Positions 15,375-29,251 of a stretch of 64,000 nt of DNA are shown here, in pieces. This DNA comes from Lytechinus pictus (Eukaryota). The notes beneath the pieces were generated by a model. The model did no database searches, was not told the DNA's origin, and saw nothing but the letters and a program-made list of their open reading frames with translations. The stretch is taken from positions 3,288,001-3,352,000 of the forward strand of contig NC_087251.1 in the NCBI RefSeq assembly GCF_037042905.1, written 5' to 3'. The translations under genes were made by a program, and so were the position numbers. The first letter of the stretch is position 1. Each line of letters starts with the position of its first letter.

Positions 15375-16985
15375 GATTAGTATGTAGACCAACAGTGTCC
15401 GCGATGCCAACGATGTGTATATTTTCGTAGTACGTGTAGGCCAACACAGTCCGCGATGCTAGCGGTGCGTTGGTGTCCGTAGTACAGGCCAACACTGCCC
15501 GCGATGCCAACGATCTATATATATATCTGTGTGCATCTGTAGTATGTAGGCCGACATTGCCCGCGATGCCAACGATGTGTATATTTTCGTAGTACGTGTA
15601 GGCCAACACAGTCCGCGATGGTAGCGGTGTGTTGGTGTCTGTAGTCGGTACAGGCCAACACTGCCCTCGATGCCAACGATCTATATCTGTGTTCTGTAGT
15701 ATGTAGACCAACAGTGTCCGCGATGCCAACGATGTGTATATTTCCGTAGTATGTGTAGACCAACATTGCCCGCGATGCCAACGATGTGTTGGTGTCTGTA
15801 GTACAGGCCAACATTGCCCTCGATGCCAACGATGCGATCATATCTGTAGTTGCCTATGTAAACCAACATTGCCCGCCATGGCAACGATGTGTTGGTGTCT
15901 GTAGTACATGCCAACAGTGCCCGCGATGCCAACGATGCGATCATATCTGTAGTTTCCTATGTAGACCAACATTGCCCGCGATGCCAACGATGTGTTGGTG
16001 TCTGTACTGTAGAGTACAGGCTAACATTGCCCTCGATGCCAACGATGTGAATGTATCTTTAGTAGGTATATATAGGCCAACAGCGCCCGCGATGCCAACG
16101 ATGTGTTGGTGCCTGTAGTAGATGCCAACAGTGCCAACGATGCCAACAATGTAAATGTATCTTTAGTACGTATAGGCCAACAGCGCCGGCCAGGATGCCA
16201 ACGATGTGTTGGTGTCTGTAGTATAGGCCAACCTTGCCCGCGATGCCAACGATGTGAATGTATCTTTTGTATGTATAGGCCAACAGCGCCCGCGATGCCA
16301 ACGATGTGTTGGTGCCTGTAGTAGATGCCAACAGTGCCAACGATGCCAACAATGTAAATGTATCTTTAGTACGTATAGGCCAACAGCGCCGGCCAGGATG
16401 CCAACGATGTGTTGGTGTCTGTAGTACAGGCCAACCTTGCCATCGATGCCAACGATGTGAATGTATCTTTAGTAAGTATAGGCCAACTTTGCCGGCGATG
16501 CCAACGATGTGAACGTATGTTTAGTATGTATATACCAACAGCGCCCGCGATGCCAACGATGTGTTGGTGCCTGTAGTAGATGCCAACAGTGCCAACGATG
16601 TGAATGTATCTTACATAGGCCAACATTGCCGGCGATGCCAACGATGTGAATATGCCTGTAGTAGAGGCCAACATTGCCGGCGATGCCAACGATGTGAATA
16701 TGCCTGTAGTAGAGGCCAACATTGCCGGCGATGCCAACGATGTGAATGTATCTTTAGTAAGTATAGGCCAACTTTGCCGGCGATGCCAACGATGTGAATG
16801 TATGTTTAGTATGTATATACCAACAGCGCCCGCGATGCCAACGATGTGTTGGTGCCTGTAGTAGATGCCAACAGTGCCAACGATGTGAATGTATCTTACA
16901 TAGGCCAACATTGCCGGCGATGCCAACGATGTGAATATGCCTGTTGTAGAGGCCAACATTGCCGGCGATGCCAACGATGTGAATA
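15375..16985. repeat. Complex minisatellite built on GCCAAC / GCGATGCCAACGATGTG motifs, with higher-order duplications
   Basis: Dozens of motif copies; near-identical 203-bp duplication (matching ORFs at 16103 and 16306); motif continues in both orientations at about 17365-17660. Confidence 0.95.
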
Positions 16986-17160
<175 letters not shown>

Positions 17161-18273
17161 ATTGAATTCAATTCCCATTGAATTCAATTCCCATTGAATT
17201 CCTTCAATGGGAATTAAAACTTTATTTCATATTTTAATGAAGAAAAAATGAAAATATTTCATGTATAAAAAATACAAAAGAAATAGAGAGTGAATGACAT
17301 CGATCACCTCACTAACCAGGATATGCATATATTAAACTGTTTTGTGAAACCATACTTTGAAACGCTTGCCAACGATGTTTTGAATGTTGCATTGCACGGT
17401 CACATCGTTGGTCGTTGGCTAGCGGCGCACCCAACGATGTATAGCAATAGCTAGTAGTAGTAGGTAATTTAAAAGAGTGTATTAATCTTGTACTATTGCA
17501 CCTTCACATCGTGGGTCGTTGGTTAGCCAACGATGTTTTAAATGTTACATGGCACCGTCACATCGTTGGTCGTTGGCTAGCGATGTTTTGAATATTATAT
17601 TGCACCGTCCGTACCGTCACAACGTGGGTCGTTGGCTAGCAGCGCACCCAACGATGTTTAATTATACTTATAGCTCTAGTATAGTAGTAGTCAAAGGGCA
17701 AAGGTCATTACGTATGGCCTGGATGCATTGCTCGTACGTACCGTCATACGTACATACGTACGTAGTATAGTAGTAGTAGTAGTACCAGTAATGCATGTAC
17801 GTATATAATAGTATGGATATATCTAGGCTATATTAGGCAGGACAACAAGAATTTCAAAATGTGTTTGTTGTCGAGAGAATGATATCAAAATATTCCTTAA
17901 TATCTAATTTATCATGTGAAACCACTTAAAACTTACGTAAAATTCATTTAAACTGTAAAAAAAAGCAAATTCATAGCACCAACATGGTCCGAAAAAGCCA
18001 TAGACATCGCGGTACCTTTTTAATACACTGTACGTACTATCGATAGTTAAAACGATCACGATGTGCTCGCTAAATGCGCGCGCCCATCGGCGTCTGCTAG
18101 CCGTCATCTGCTGTGACTCTCCAATAGCCCCGCATGTGCAATTTTTTGTAAGATCGTCCCATATGCTGTTTTTCATGTTAGTACATACATGCGTGCACGT
18201 TATTTGCGGACGCAGATAATGTACGCATCTCCGTCGTCTGCTACGGCTCTCTTTATCAGTCCCAAGTGTACAT

Positions 18274-18850
18274 GGTGTATGTTCATTTGGTCTACATGCA
18301 GTTTGCCCACTTGTCATTTAGTCTAATGCCAAATGGGCTAAACCCATTTGGTCTACTGAATTGCCATTTGGTCTACACTACACTTGGTCTAATTCTCATT
18401 TAGCGAAATGTCCAGTTGGTCTAATTTCAGCATAACCTACATAATTACAATTTTTTTACTTTGTCAAATACCGGTACATAAAATTGGCTTTATATCATGC
18501 AGTTCCACAGTGTGAAATATGTATATATTCGTTTGGTCTACATGCAGTTTGCCCACTTCTCATTTAGTCTAATGCCAAATGGGCTAAACCCATTTGGTCT
18601 ACACTTGGTCTAATCCTCATTTTGCGAAATGTCCAGTTGGTCTAATTTCAGCATGACCTACTTAATTATATTTTTTTTACTTATATATATTTTTTTAGTC
18701 TTTATACCAAATGGGCTTGACCATTTGGTCTATAAATTTTTTTTAATTGCCATTTGGTCTACACTTTGTGTAATTTACATTTGGTCTACACTACACTTGA
18801 TCTAATTTTGAGTCCAGTCCAGGGTCTAATTTCAACATGACCTACATCAT
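18274..18850. repeat. Degenerate CCATTTGGTCTA-motif repeat array (probable subterminal arm of another TE)
   Basis: Repeated (cca)tttggtcta motifs; block 18285-18460 is duplicated at 18530-18680. Confidence 0.7.
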
Positions 18851-19784
18851 TATGATTTTATACTTTGTGAAATTTTATTTTTCTTTATATAATTTCATTT
18901 CACCTTATAGTCTTAGCATTGGTTTCAAATAAATAATACTTGAACAGTGGCAAAGTCATGATAATGGAGCCAAAAGTTTTGAAAGGTCCATATATGGTGT
19001 ATCAGGTAAAGTTATAAAGTTGTAAGCAGGAGAAGCAAACAACAAAAAATGTTGAAGCGGGGGGGGGGGGGGGGGGGGCGGTGTTCATTAATTTCCTTTT
19101 ATTTTCCAATGCCAGATCAATCTTTGTTTTTGCTTGTCATTTTTTTTTAATGATATGTTCTGTTCACTCTACAATTTTTACTAATGATCTTTTTTTTTTG
19201 GCTTATCATTTTTTTCAGACACATTCGCACCCGAACCGACTCTACAATTAAGGGAAGAGAAGGAATTATTGAACCTCTTGAGAGAATATACTGGTCAAGG
19301 GCTGTAATAGTATACAGGGGCACTTCCTGAGAGAAAGTTAATTTTATTTTAATCATGTGTTTTCAGGATTTCTAATAGTACTATTGAAATGGCGGTGAAA
19401 ATTATTGCCCCTGCTGATGAGATTTTTCAGCTGCACCCTTCCTTTATTTTAGTGAATAAGGTGTGGCACTGCCCTATATGATTCATTTTGAATTTTAATG
19501 GGCTCCAAAATGCAGTAATTTATAAATTATAGCATAATCTTATTTCGATAAAGCCTTTGACATAAACAAAGCATATTTAAAACAGATTTAGTTATTGCAT
19601 ATCAGAATGTTATGTTTGCCTGATGTTTTCTCAATAACTCTAAGCTGTTATTAATGAATTCTTTCTAGAAACAAAAATAAGCAATTTATTCAAACATGTC
19701 AGTTTCATTTTGTAGACATATGCATTGAATTTACCAATTCAGTATAAGGTACGTATGCCATCTTTCACAAATGTTGACTTTTAT

Positions 19785-19980
19785 CACTGGTGGATCTGGG
19801 GGAGGGCACATCTGGCTCACCCCCCCCCCCTTAGAGAGCCTCAGTCGAGATTTGTAATGAAAATATGCCATTTTCACCAAAGTATGCCCCCCCCCCGGAA
19901 AGCAAGGCCCTTTTTTTGCTTGACAAATTTTCATCATGAAAATGTGCCCCCCCCCAGGATAAATCCTGGATCCACCCCTG
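19785..19980. mobile_element. Short poly-G/C hAT-like MITE
   Basis: CACTGGTGGATCTGG ... CCTGGATCCACCCCTG; TSD not preserved. Confidence 0.6.
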
Positions 19981-20560
19981 GTTTCCATTAAGTTTAAATG
20001 TATTTTCATTTTGAAAAAAAAAGGTTTCCTAGAGATTTATAAACAGCATGATTTACACTGAGCGTGTCATACACTTCTGTGCAGAAGAATATTATCTTGA
20101 GAAATTTGGTTATTAAATTATGGAAAATATCTTTTGCAAATGAAATTACTTGATTGCAATTATTTCTTACATTGTATTGTCATTTTACTTGATAGAAATT
20201 CATTATTTTTTATAACCATGACAGTGTTCTAATTTCATATTTGCTAAATTGTAATAATTCTTTTGATCTTCCTTCATCTTCATGAAAGTATGAATTCTAG
20301 TCATCTGCTTCAAAGTCTGCCCAATACAATGGTTACAAAGGGCCTAAGCATCACTTGTCATTTTTTAATAAGTAGTTAAGTCAGTAGTCAAGTAAGGGGT
20401 CAGACAGTTTGGCTGTATTATATTTGTTTAATTATCTTACTAGTGTCAATTTACTAAACTTTTGCTGTTTGTGATTGAACCCCCAAATTGCTCGATAGTA
20501 CCATTATGTTGGACAGACGTTAATATTGACTAGAGGACTATTATTACTTTCCAAACCAAC

Positions 20561-21114
20561 CTGAAGATAATATGATACTTCACGTAGTACAGGGGTATAT
20601 TGTCTCCCTTCCATTGTTGTGATGTATGGGCTGGGTAATATCATCTAACTTGTCCTGGAATAATCATTCTCTGCAACAAGTTCCACTTCAGCGACTCTCA
20701 GTTGAACATCATCATTCCTGGCATTGGCGGCGGAAGCCAAAAATTTTAGGGGGGAACCGCCAAAACTTTTTGACAAAAAAAAAAAAAATAGTGACAAAAA
20801 ATCTTAGGGGGGGGGGGACACAGGAAACAAAAGTGAAAATTGACAAGCAAAAAAAAAAAAAAAAAAAAAAAAGGTTATCAACAAAAAATTGAGGGGGGGG
20901 GTCGTCCCCTCCCCACCTAAAATTTAGGGGGATACGTCCCCCCCCCCACTTCCACCGCCTATGATTCCAGGTGCTTGGAGATCTTCGAAAGGCATGCTAT
21001 AACATCCACTTAAGTTCCAGTTCCTTTCATGTTTTTTCCTCATCTTAGTGAGCATCTCCAAGTGTTCATATTTTTAGTGTCCTTTTTTAGATTTACCAAA
21101 CTCAGTTTTATTAC
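20561..21114 (-). pseudogene. Decayed exon-like coding relic inside the 7.7-kb element, interrupted by a MITE
   Basis: After removing 20722-20963, frameshifted pieces read ...DDVQLRVAEVELVAENDY / QDKLDDITQP / YITTMEGRQYTPVLREVSYYLQ, bounded by tttatcag and CAG|gttggt; identity as a transposase is inference. Confidence 0.35.
20722..20963. mobile_element. hAT-like MITE
   Basis: CATTGGCGGCGGAAG ... CTTCCACCGCCTATG; 8-bp TSD ATTCCTGG/ATTCCAGG. Confidence 0.85.
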
Positions 21115-22744
21115 CTGATAAATGAAATTACAAAATTCTATCCCAAAAATTGAACACTTTGATCAAGTTTGGTTACTTAAACTTAATGTTAAATAAACTG
21201 AAAATATGTAATAAAAGGCAAAATAATGATAATGATGAAAAAAATACCGGTAATAAAAACAAAAGTTACTCAAATTCACTCAAAACCATACACTTATCTA
21301 CTCTCCTCAAAAATCAGTTCTCACTTTTAGGTATTGATCATTCATTCAGTCAATGAAATAATAAAAAGAGACAGGAGATCCTCATCAAAATAAACACAAA
21401 CACAGTGTCTCACACACACACTACACATTAATAGTAAAATCAGTTTGTATCTTTCGTGGGATTTGTTTTTATGTAAATCTGGATTCTTCTTGGTAGTAGG
21501 GCCTTAGGTCGCTCTGACTTGAACTTAAAACTTCCAATCTCAAGAAGGCAAGATATATCTCGGGAGATAGTCATCATCAAGATGTTTAGGAGTTCAACCT
21601 GGTGGTGAGGTTATTCATGATGGCATCTGGTATTCTGGCAGAAAGAATCAGAAATATCAAATGCATAAATACAATTGTTTATTTTTTTCAATACAAATTA
21701 AATTACCCGAGTCATTCAAGATAGTGGGTATTTTTTTTCTGGGGGGGGGGGGGTGATGGCATGACAAGTTTTTAGTCAAAAGTATTTTTATCTTCATTTA
21801 TCTTTTTTTTCCCACTTTGTATTACCATTTATTCAAAAATTGCAATAAACATATCAATAAATGAGTTTTTAATCTAGTTGGCAAAAGAAAAACCAGTGCA
21901 AAAGTAAAGCCAGTATTGGCAGTAAAACACTGACACCACGGCACTGACACTGACAGTGAATGTTCATTTTCCAGTGCATGCACATCACTGCCCCATCATC
22001 TTCACTCGTTTTCAGAAAATATTTAGTTATTTCTCAAATATGACCATGATTATCTTATTCATGTCATTACTCTGGTGTTTATTCATGATTTTAAATTCAG
22101 GAAATCATTCAGCAAACGAAGAAAACAAAGCATTTCTTGACTGTGATTCCGTGTGATTCAAGTTCAATTTCATTTCTGTGTGTATCACAGGTACGCACGT
22201 ACGTGACGTAATCTTAATCTCTATTATGATGTAAATTAATCATCCCGCGCGCGATTAAAATGGCTCGAAATTCGACCAAATTCAAGGGCAGCTCAGCTTG
22301 CAAACCTCACTGAGAAGGGCTTCCCCAGCCCTTGCGATTCCCCGCGCTGCAATTTCACTGCAATACACAGAAAGGAAATCAACTCAAGTTTCACAATCAA
22401 CGGAAAATCCGGAACCCTTCGAGACCCATTTTACAAGAAATACAACTAAATAAGGTAAGAATTGAAAGCAACTCAAGACATTTTCGACTTACCGACACTT
22501 TCATGTTTATTTTCGGAAGATTTCATGGAATTTGGGGCACGAAAATGACATCGGTAGCTCGCGAAAGTCCTGTGCAATATGATGACATATTTTTCATCGC
22601 ACGGGATCGGACAAGCACAAAGAGAAAATATCATGTTCATCCGCGATAACAGGGGCTTAATTTTGACGATATCGCATCGCTATGCGATTGCAATGATTGA
22701 CATGCGAACGAAGCTTGCGTACAAATTTTGAGCACTTCCGCGAC

Positions 22745-22759
22745 AGCGCCATCTAGTGA
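22745..22759 (-). promoter_or_regulatory. CTCF-like motif
   Basis: Reverse complement TCACTAGATGGCGCT versus consensus CCACYAGRKGGCRS. Confidence 0.45.
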
Positions 22760-22959
22760 CTACGGCCGTGCCTAGCTATATACCATTGAATTAGTATATA
22801 GCTATAGGTCTTGACATCGTTGTGTTGGCTGACCAACGATTGGGTAGTGAGCAGTGTCGGGGTATTCTGCAGTTAAGCCTAACTTTGTAAGTGGAAAGTT
22901 TTTTGGGGTAGGAGGGTGGGGGCTGTTGGATATTTTTTGACCTCATATTGTTAACCTCC

Positions 22960-23850
22960 AGCTCCAGACTTGTCCGAATCCAGACCCCTGACTGGCTGAG
23001 CTGAGCTCCGCCAATTTCGCTTCGAAGTTGTTGTTGTTGTTTCGGCGGAGGAGCTGCCAGAGTTTCCTCCGAGTCCGACCCCTGCGCTGTAGTGTGTAAC
23101 GTTAGACGTAGTGAAATAGTAAACTAGCCGACTTGGCGACTATAAATTAGTATAAAAAGTATTACGAAACGAGTGTTATTCTCTGTAAATTTTGGTGATT
23201 TAAGATCCCAAAATTTTATCACATAACCTCTGTAGTAGATTCTATATACTCATAAAGCTAATTGCAGCAAACCTGAAATTTTACAAGTAATTTAAGCCAT
23301 TCAAATATGTTCTCACCTTTCGGGATCTGCGTTGCGCCTATCTAGTATTACGTTGTATACTAGCTTTTCTATCTATAAGCTATCGTACATGCATGAATAG
23401 ACTTTCGCCCGAGGCTAGCGCTAGCGCGCCGCTAGCCTAGCCTTTGCATTTCAGCCGATCGTTTCTCCTACCTCGTCCATAATCTGAGAAAAATCAGAAA
23501 ATGTTTTTGAAAAAAAAAACCGAAAAAAAACTCCTCCGAAACAGCTATCATTACTTTTACCCGAGATTCTGGAAGAATGCTGATGATTGTGTGATTCACG
23601 GGAATCGATGGATTTTCTGTGCGAGGTAGTTTTTTTTTTAATAGTTCAATTATAGGGGCGAGGGGGGGGGGTGTCAGAGGCGTCAACGCCATATCTCTCT
23701 CTCGTTTCAGTTCCTCCGCTGTTCGGAGATCGGCAGGTATCACTGCAAAAGTTGAGTCAATGAGTCTGGTAAATGTCAAGTCCAGGGGGATTGAAAGGCA
23801 GGCAGGTTACTGAGAGTTGACAGGTTTACATATGGGTCGTTTTAGGGGCG
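22960..23850 (-). promoter_or_regulatory. CpG-rich candidate promoter / first exon (possibly H3.3)
   Basis: CpG-enriched unique sequence; minus-strand donor AAG|gtgaga at 23317/23316; hairpin aggctagcg...cgctagcct at about 23412-23438. Confidence 0.4.
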
Positions 23851-24364
23851 CAAGTATAATTAATATATGGTAGCTTTAACAAGCATAGGTACATACCGTA
23901 CTGCATGGTTGGCTTATTTATATCACGTTGATTTAATTCGTAATCGCGTAAATCACTATGATTTAAAAAAAATCATTGATTTAAATCATTTCCACTAAAG
24001 TATTTACTAATAAATTTTCTTTCCTCTCTTTCCTTTACTTTTCTATAACTGATATGCATTTAACAAAGAAATTATTCTGTTTTGAAAAAAAAGGAAAGCA
24101 AATAAGTAGCACACCTAATTTTGTCTGAAGGAGAGCAGCAATAGACATTCTACTTTGATCGATGAACAGGCTTAGTCCTACAACATCGTTGGAATAAACT
24201 AAACTAAACTACTCTAAATTAACAAGGCAACAATAGTCAAAACTGACTAATTTGCCTACAAAATAACAACAACAAACAACAACATTTACAAAGATTGATG
24301 ATTTTTGTTTTGTGGCAGTTTTTTTTATTCAAAATCAAAAGAAGATTTTGTCAATTAACTTTAT

Positions 24365-24537
24365 CAGGGGCCGCGGAACGGTTTTCAAAGTGGGGGGGGG
24401 GGGGGCTGAGCCAAAAGTGGGGGGGCTGACCATGCAGAAAATCATAATCATTGGGTCATTTTTACGTTTTTGTACACGGTTTTCGAAAAAAGTGGGGGGC
24501 TGAAGCCCCCCCAGCCCCCCCGCTTCCGCGGCCCCTG
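24365..24537. mobile_element. Poly-G MITE with 5-bp TSD
   Basis: CAGGGGCCGCGGAA ... TTCCGCGGCCCCTG flanked by TTTAT on both sides. Confidence 0.8.
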
Positions 24538-24731
24538 TTTATATCATCCAAACATGAATAAAACCTTCATATCGGGCTATACTCAGGATCAAGTTAATCT
24601 TGAAAAACCAAAATAGATGTGACTACATGTAGCCTATAGGCCTATGTAGCGGTTATACACTTACTCCACTTTTGTAAGTGGACCGTTACAAAATTTTCCC
24701 TGTGGAAATTTTCTTTTATAGTAGACAATTA

Positions 24732-24893
24732 TACCTCGGTCACATTTGCTCTACGGCGGCCGTACGGCGAGTCGAAAACAGCCGTTTTATTCATGTTTGT
24801 TCAAATCACCCTTTAGCTGGTACAAAAAAAATGTTGAAAACGACTGTTTTCGATTCGCCGTACGGCCGCCGTAGAATAATTGTGACTGAGGTA
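24732..24893. mobile_element. Palindromic MITE (deleted copy at 53254-53361)
   Basis: tacctcggtcacatttgctctacggcggccgtacggcga ... tcgccgtacggccgccgtagaataattgtgactgaggta. Confidence 0.85.
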
Positions 24894-24942
24894 GGCCCTA
24901 TTAGTCCTCGTTTATGTCAAAATCCAAAAAAAATGTTTTTAA

Positions 24943-25537
24943 AGGGGAATCCAACCCAAATAAAAACTTGTTTTTATAAGGAAAAGAAAAACCAGACAAG
25001 CTGATAGGTGAAAGTTTGAACAATATTGGACAAACAAAAAGAAAGTTATGAATTTTTAAAAGTTGTAAATATTGGTAATCACTATATCCATGGAGACTTC
25101 AAATTGGCCGCATATGGGATGTCATAGTGGTGTAAGGCAAGGACTACTCTTCCATGTACTCCAATACATATTATGGCTAAAATGTCATTTTCCCAGAAAG
25201 TTTTATTTCAAATTATATTTTTCTTTCATGAGGACATAAAACAATATACTACCTGGATTATATTTAGATTACTGCCCCAGGGGAATGGTTACTTAAAAGA
25301 AAACCACAAATCCCTGATAATAAAGTACATGGCCTATGGGAAAATTGTCCTTGGCCCTTGTCATAATTTACTTACTCAGTTGCCAATTTGAAATCTACAT
25401 AGTATTAGTGATCTCAATATTAAAGCAGCTATAACTTTTTTATTGCTTGTCCGATTTCTTTCAAACTTTCACCATTCTGTTTAATTTATTTTTCTCCTTC
25501 CCAACACAACATTTTATGGCCAAGGCTGGATTCCCCT
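24943..25537. mobile_element. TTAA-type MITE related to 226-807
   Basis: TTAA|AGGGGAATCCAACC ... GGCTGGATTCCCCT|TTAA; shares attagtgatctcaatatt with 226-807. Confidence 0.85.
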
Positions 25538-26082
25538 TTAAGTAAAATATAAGTTATTCGCAGTTCTTCTATTCTGATCATTCACATAAACTGTAGGCCT
25601 ATACATTGCTCTCCAGCACTAACAATTTGTCATAGCATTTCAGAAAAAAATATATATATGTAAGAGAATTTAAAAAAAAAATCCTGCTCTCCAGCACTAA
25701 CAATTTGTCATAGCATTTCAGAACAAAAAAAAAATATATGTAAGAGAATTTAAAAAAGAAATCCTGAACTTATAAAATTGGCTGAATTCCATCAAAGAAT
25801 TTTACCAGGATCTGTTTGAATTACCACCTGTTCAGATTTGCTTCATGCAGCATGCAGGTACACTGCATGAGAAAAGATTAAGTAAATCCATTTACATGCA
25901 TAAAAAATGCTCATGACACTATATATAGACCATGACAACAACCATATATTTTAGTGCCCTGTGTCAAAAGTGAGCATTTATTTTTGTACATTTCTCAGTG
26001 AATATGTTGAATTGAGTGCAATAAAAATCTGCATTAGCCCCTGGTAACCCATGTATAACATTATATTATTTTGACATGGCAC

Positions 26083-27020
26083 CAGGCGCGTAGCCAGGGG
26101 GGGGCGGTGGGGGCGGTCACCCCCCCAAAACATCCCCAAAAAGAAAAAAAAGAAGGGAAAAAAGGAAAAGGGAAGGGAGGAAAGGGAAGAAAGGCAGCTT
26201 TGTCGGGTTTTTTTTCTTTTTATTCTTTATTTTTTTTCTCAAAAGAAAAACTCCTTCACTCTTGCTCTAAATTTATATATGAATTTTGCTTCCGCGCTGC
26301 GCGCGGTTAATTGACAATATTGAAGTTCTCCATTGTTTCCCCCACCCTTTCTCTAACCCTGCTTTCCACCTCAGCTATATGTGTTTCTTGCCAGTTCAAG
26401 AAGTTCAATAATCTTAGGAAATCAATTGAATTAGAGCCGATGGGGTATTAGAGATATCTGCATTTGATGAAACGTCCGCCCTTTGAAATTTCAGAGTTTT
26501 ATTGCTCTGCGCGGGGAGGAATATCTTCCTCCCGGCATATACACTTCTTCTCCTCTGTTTTGCAAGTTAAAGATATAATGCACTGTCGCTAAATTGTTTG
26601 TATTCAAATCTGATCTTTCCAAGGGAAGTATTCAATATATCTTTGAGAATACCCTTTTCTCGGGACCCTTTTCATGGCAAAAAAAAATATAAAACGCTTT
26701 AGCTTCCGCGCTTCGCGCGGGGTTATGATTTTAATTTCCTCCATTGTATTCCTTTTTGTGCGTTCACAATCACCTTTGAAAACAACGTTCAAAATCACAA
26801 TATAGTCAACTGAATTGGAGCTGATATAGGTACTAGAGTCAAGAGAGACGGCTCCTTTTCATTTTAATTTATGAAACACCAAAAGCTTCGCGCGGGAGGG
26901 GGAAACTCCCCCTCCCTGCACCCACCCCCTAGGGAGCGCGCTTCACGAGCTCTGTAAGTGTTGGCACGCTTCGCGTGCATTTACCGCCCCCTCCAAAATG
27001 AAATCCTGGCTACGCGGTTG
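26083..27020. mobile_element. hAT-like non-autonomous element
   Basis: CAGGCGCGTAGCCAGG ... CCTGGCTACGCGGTTG; perfect 8-bp TSD CATGGCAC. Confidence 0.9.
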
Positions 27021-27243
27021 CATGGCACGTACGTACTACATAGCTGGCTACACTCGAGTTATTTTGTAGCTAATATATACAGCTGCATGTATACAGAAAA
27101 TTGGTTCTATAGAACCAATTTTCTAATTTAAAACTGCCAAATATTCAGGTTTATTGTAAAAGAAATAATTTAGATGAACTTGCAACTTTTTCCCAATCGC
27201 GGGTCAGAGCTTTGCAAGTCCGAATGCCTTAAATCGTGAAAGA

Positions 27244-27445
27244 CAGTAGCGTACGCAGGATTTTTGAAGGGGGGGGGGGGGGGGGGGGGTTCGAGTTGAA
27301 TGAAAATTTTACAAGCAAAAAAAAGGTGTTCACCCCCCAAAATAGGTCTTTTCGTAAACAAAAGAAATTGACAAGCAAAAAAAAAAAGGGTTTTCAAAAA
27401 AATCTGAGGGGGTGAACCCCACCCCCTCCTACGGACGCGCGGCTG
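27244..27445. mobile_element. Old poly-G hAT-like MITE
   Basis: CAGTAGCGTACGCAGGA ... CCTACGGACGCGCGGCTG; degenerate TSD GTGAAAGA/TTCAAAGA. Confidence 0.6.
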
Positions 27446-28586
27446 TTCAAAGAGTTCCGACTATTATGGCTCAAAGACAAAGGAGGTTTAAACATATAAA
27501 AAACAAATGCAGTTTTCTTTAAATATGCAGTCCTTGGCTTGAAAAAAAAAAAACCGGTTTCTCTTTGGAGAATGTGAGTCTCAGAGTCATGGAATTCTTC
27601 CACTGATCCTCATTTCATGTTAACAGCAACTATATGCAGCATTAGTATATATCCATCAACTTGGATTGAACCAGTCAGTAATAGGAGCTCCCTATATGAC
27701 GCAGACACCACAGAAATTGTCAGCATCTTCATGAAACGTCGTTAATATATTTTTTATAATCTTTATTCAATTATAAAAATAAAAAGCTTAGAATGAAATG
27801 TATGAATTCAAAGTTTATGCCAGCGTAAAGGATTATATATTTTTGGGGGGCATTATTTAAAAAAAAATTGTTTAAAAAATTCAGATTAAAAGAAAAATAT
27901 GATTTAAATGAAATAAATCATATTTTTTCAATAAAAATTTTTAAAAAAATCGCCAGCCCTGGGTATATAGATCTATGCGAGTCACGAAAAACGCGAGCTG
28001 AATAAAAAAAAAACACACACACAGAAACTGAGGAATTTCTTGTCGGGTTCAGGGGTAGGCCTATTTCAATATTATTATCATTTCTTTTGTATGTTCTACA
28101 TTTATTTTGCATCATAAACCGGGACAAGAATACTTTTAAAGAATGAGTGACCGTTTCAAAAGGGTGGTAATTAAAATAAACGAGATGTCATGGTTGAGGG
28201 GAGGATGATAAGAAAAACAATATGATTATGTATTCTATTTCATCCTTCTTTATCCATTCTAACCGTTATCTGAAAGGATGGTTCCATTCAATAATATACA
28301 TAAGGAAATTATGAGGGGGGGGGGGGGGAAGGGATCACCAATGCTTATATATACGACAATCAACATGTACTGTTATGATCATGATCATCATGTAGGCCTA
28401 TTTCCTCTTTATCATCATAATCATACTTGTCATAATCATAAATATCGTGATGTTCGACCCTAAATTACTGCGGGGAATAATAACATGAGTGTGTTATTTT
28501 CTTTTTTTTTATCTATTTTTTTTTTATATAGTGTTGATTGTTGGTTGCCCACTTTACCTTTTTTTTACCTTGAACTTTAAACTTAA

Positions 28587-29251
28587 AGGTCAAATCCACC
28601 CCCCCCAAAAAAAAAATGTTGATTTGAATAAATAAAGTCAAACTAGCATGCTGAAAATGTCATGAATCGGATGTAAAAGTCAAACTAGCATGCTGAAAAT
28701 TTCATGAATCGGATGTAAAATAGAAAGTTATTTTTTATGACATTTTAAATTTTCGCTTATTTAAAAAGACAAAAAAAATCAGTGATATATTCACAACTCA
28801 GTGACATGCAGATGAGACAGTCAATGATGTCCCTCACCGTCACTATTCTTTTGTTTTTTATTGTTTGAATTATACAATATTTCATTTTTTTTATTATAGA
28901 TGTTACAATGACCAACTTGACTGAACCATTTATTATAAAACAATACTAATTCCACATGTTCAGGGAGGAATTTATCGTTGTTTCACTTGAAAATGAGAAG
29001 AAAATTAGAATATTTCATATTTCATATGATAAAGTACAAAAGAAATAGTGAGTGGATAACATCATCGGTCTCCTCATTTATAAATACCGACCAGGATGTA
29101 CATATCTGTTTTGTGAAATTAAGCGAAACTTTAAAATGCCATAACTTTCTTATTTTCATCCGATTTTGATGAAATTTTTAGTGTTATGCTTGTTGGATTG
29201 TTCTCTTTTTGTTAAACTTCAACTTTTTTTTTGAGGGGGTGGACTTGTCCT
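28587..29251. mobile_element. TTAA-type MITE, same family as 3934-4525
   Basis: TTAA|AGGTCAAATCCACC ... GGTGGACTTGTCCT|TTAA. Confidence 0.85.

Noticed and set aside
15355..16974. Repeat array as a CRISPR array, or as Cys-rich repeat proteins
   Set aside because: Intervening segments are themselves repeated rather than unique spacers; eukaryotic context with no cas genes; ORFs occur on both strands from repeat periodicity
23468..23779. 103-aa ORF in the CpG island
   Set aside because: Non-ATG start, crosses homopolymer runs, no recognisable domain; more likely promoter or UTR
25608..25768. ~80-bp tandem duplication
   Set aside because: Simple local duplication with no further structure
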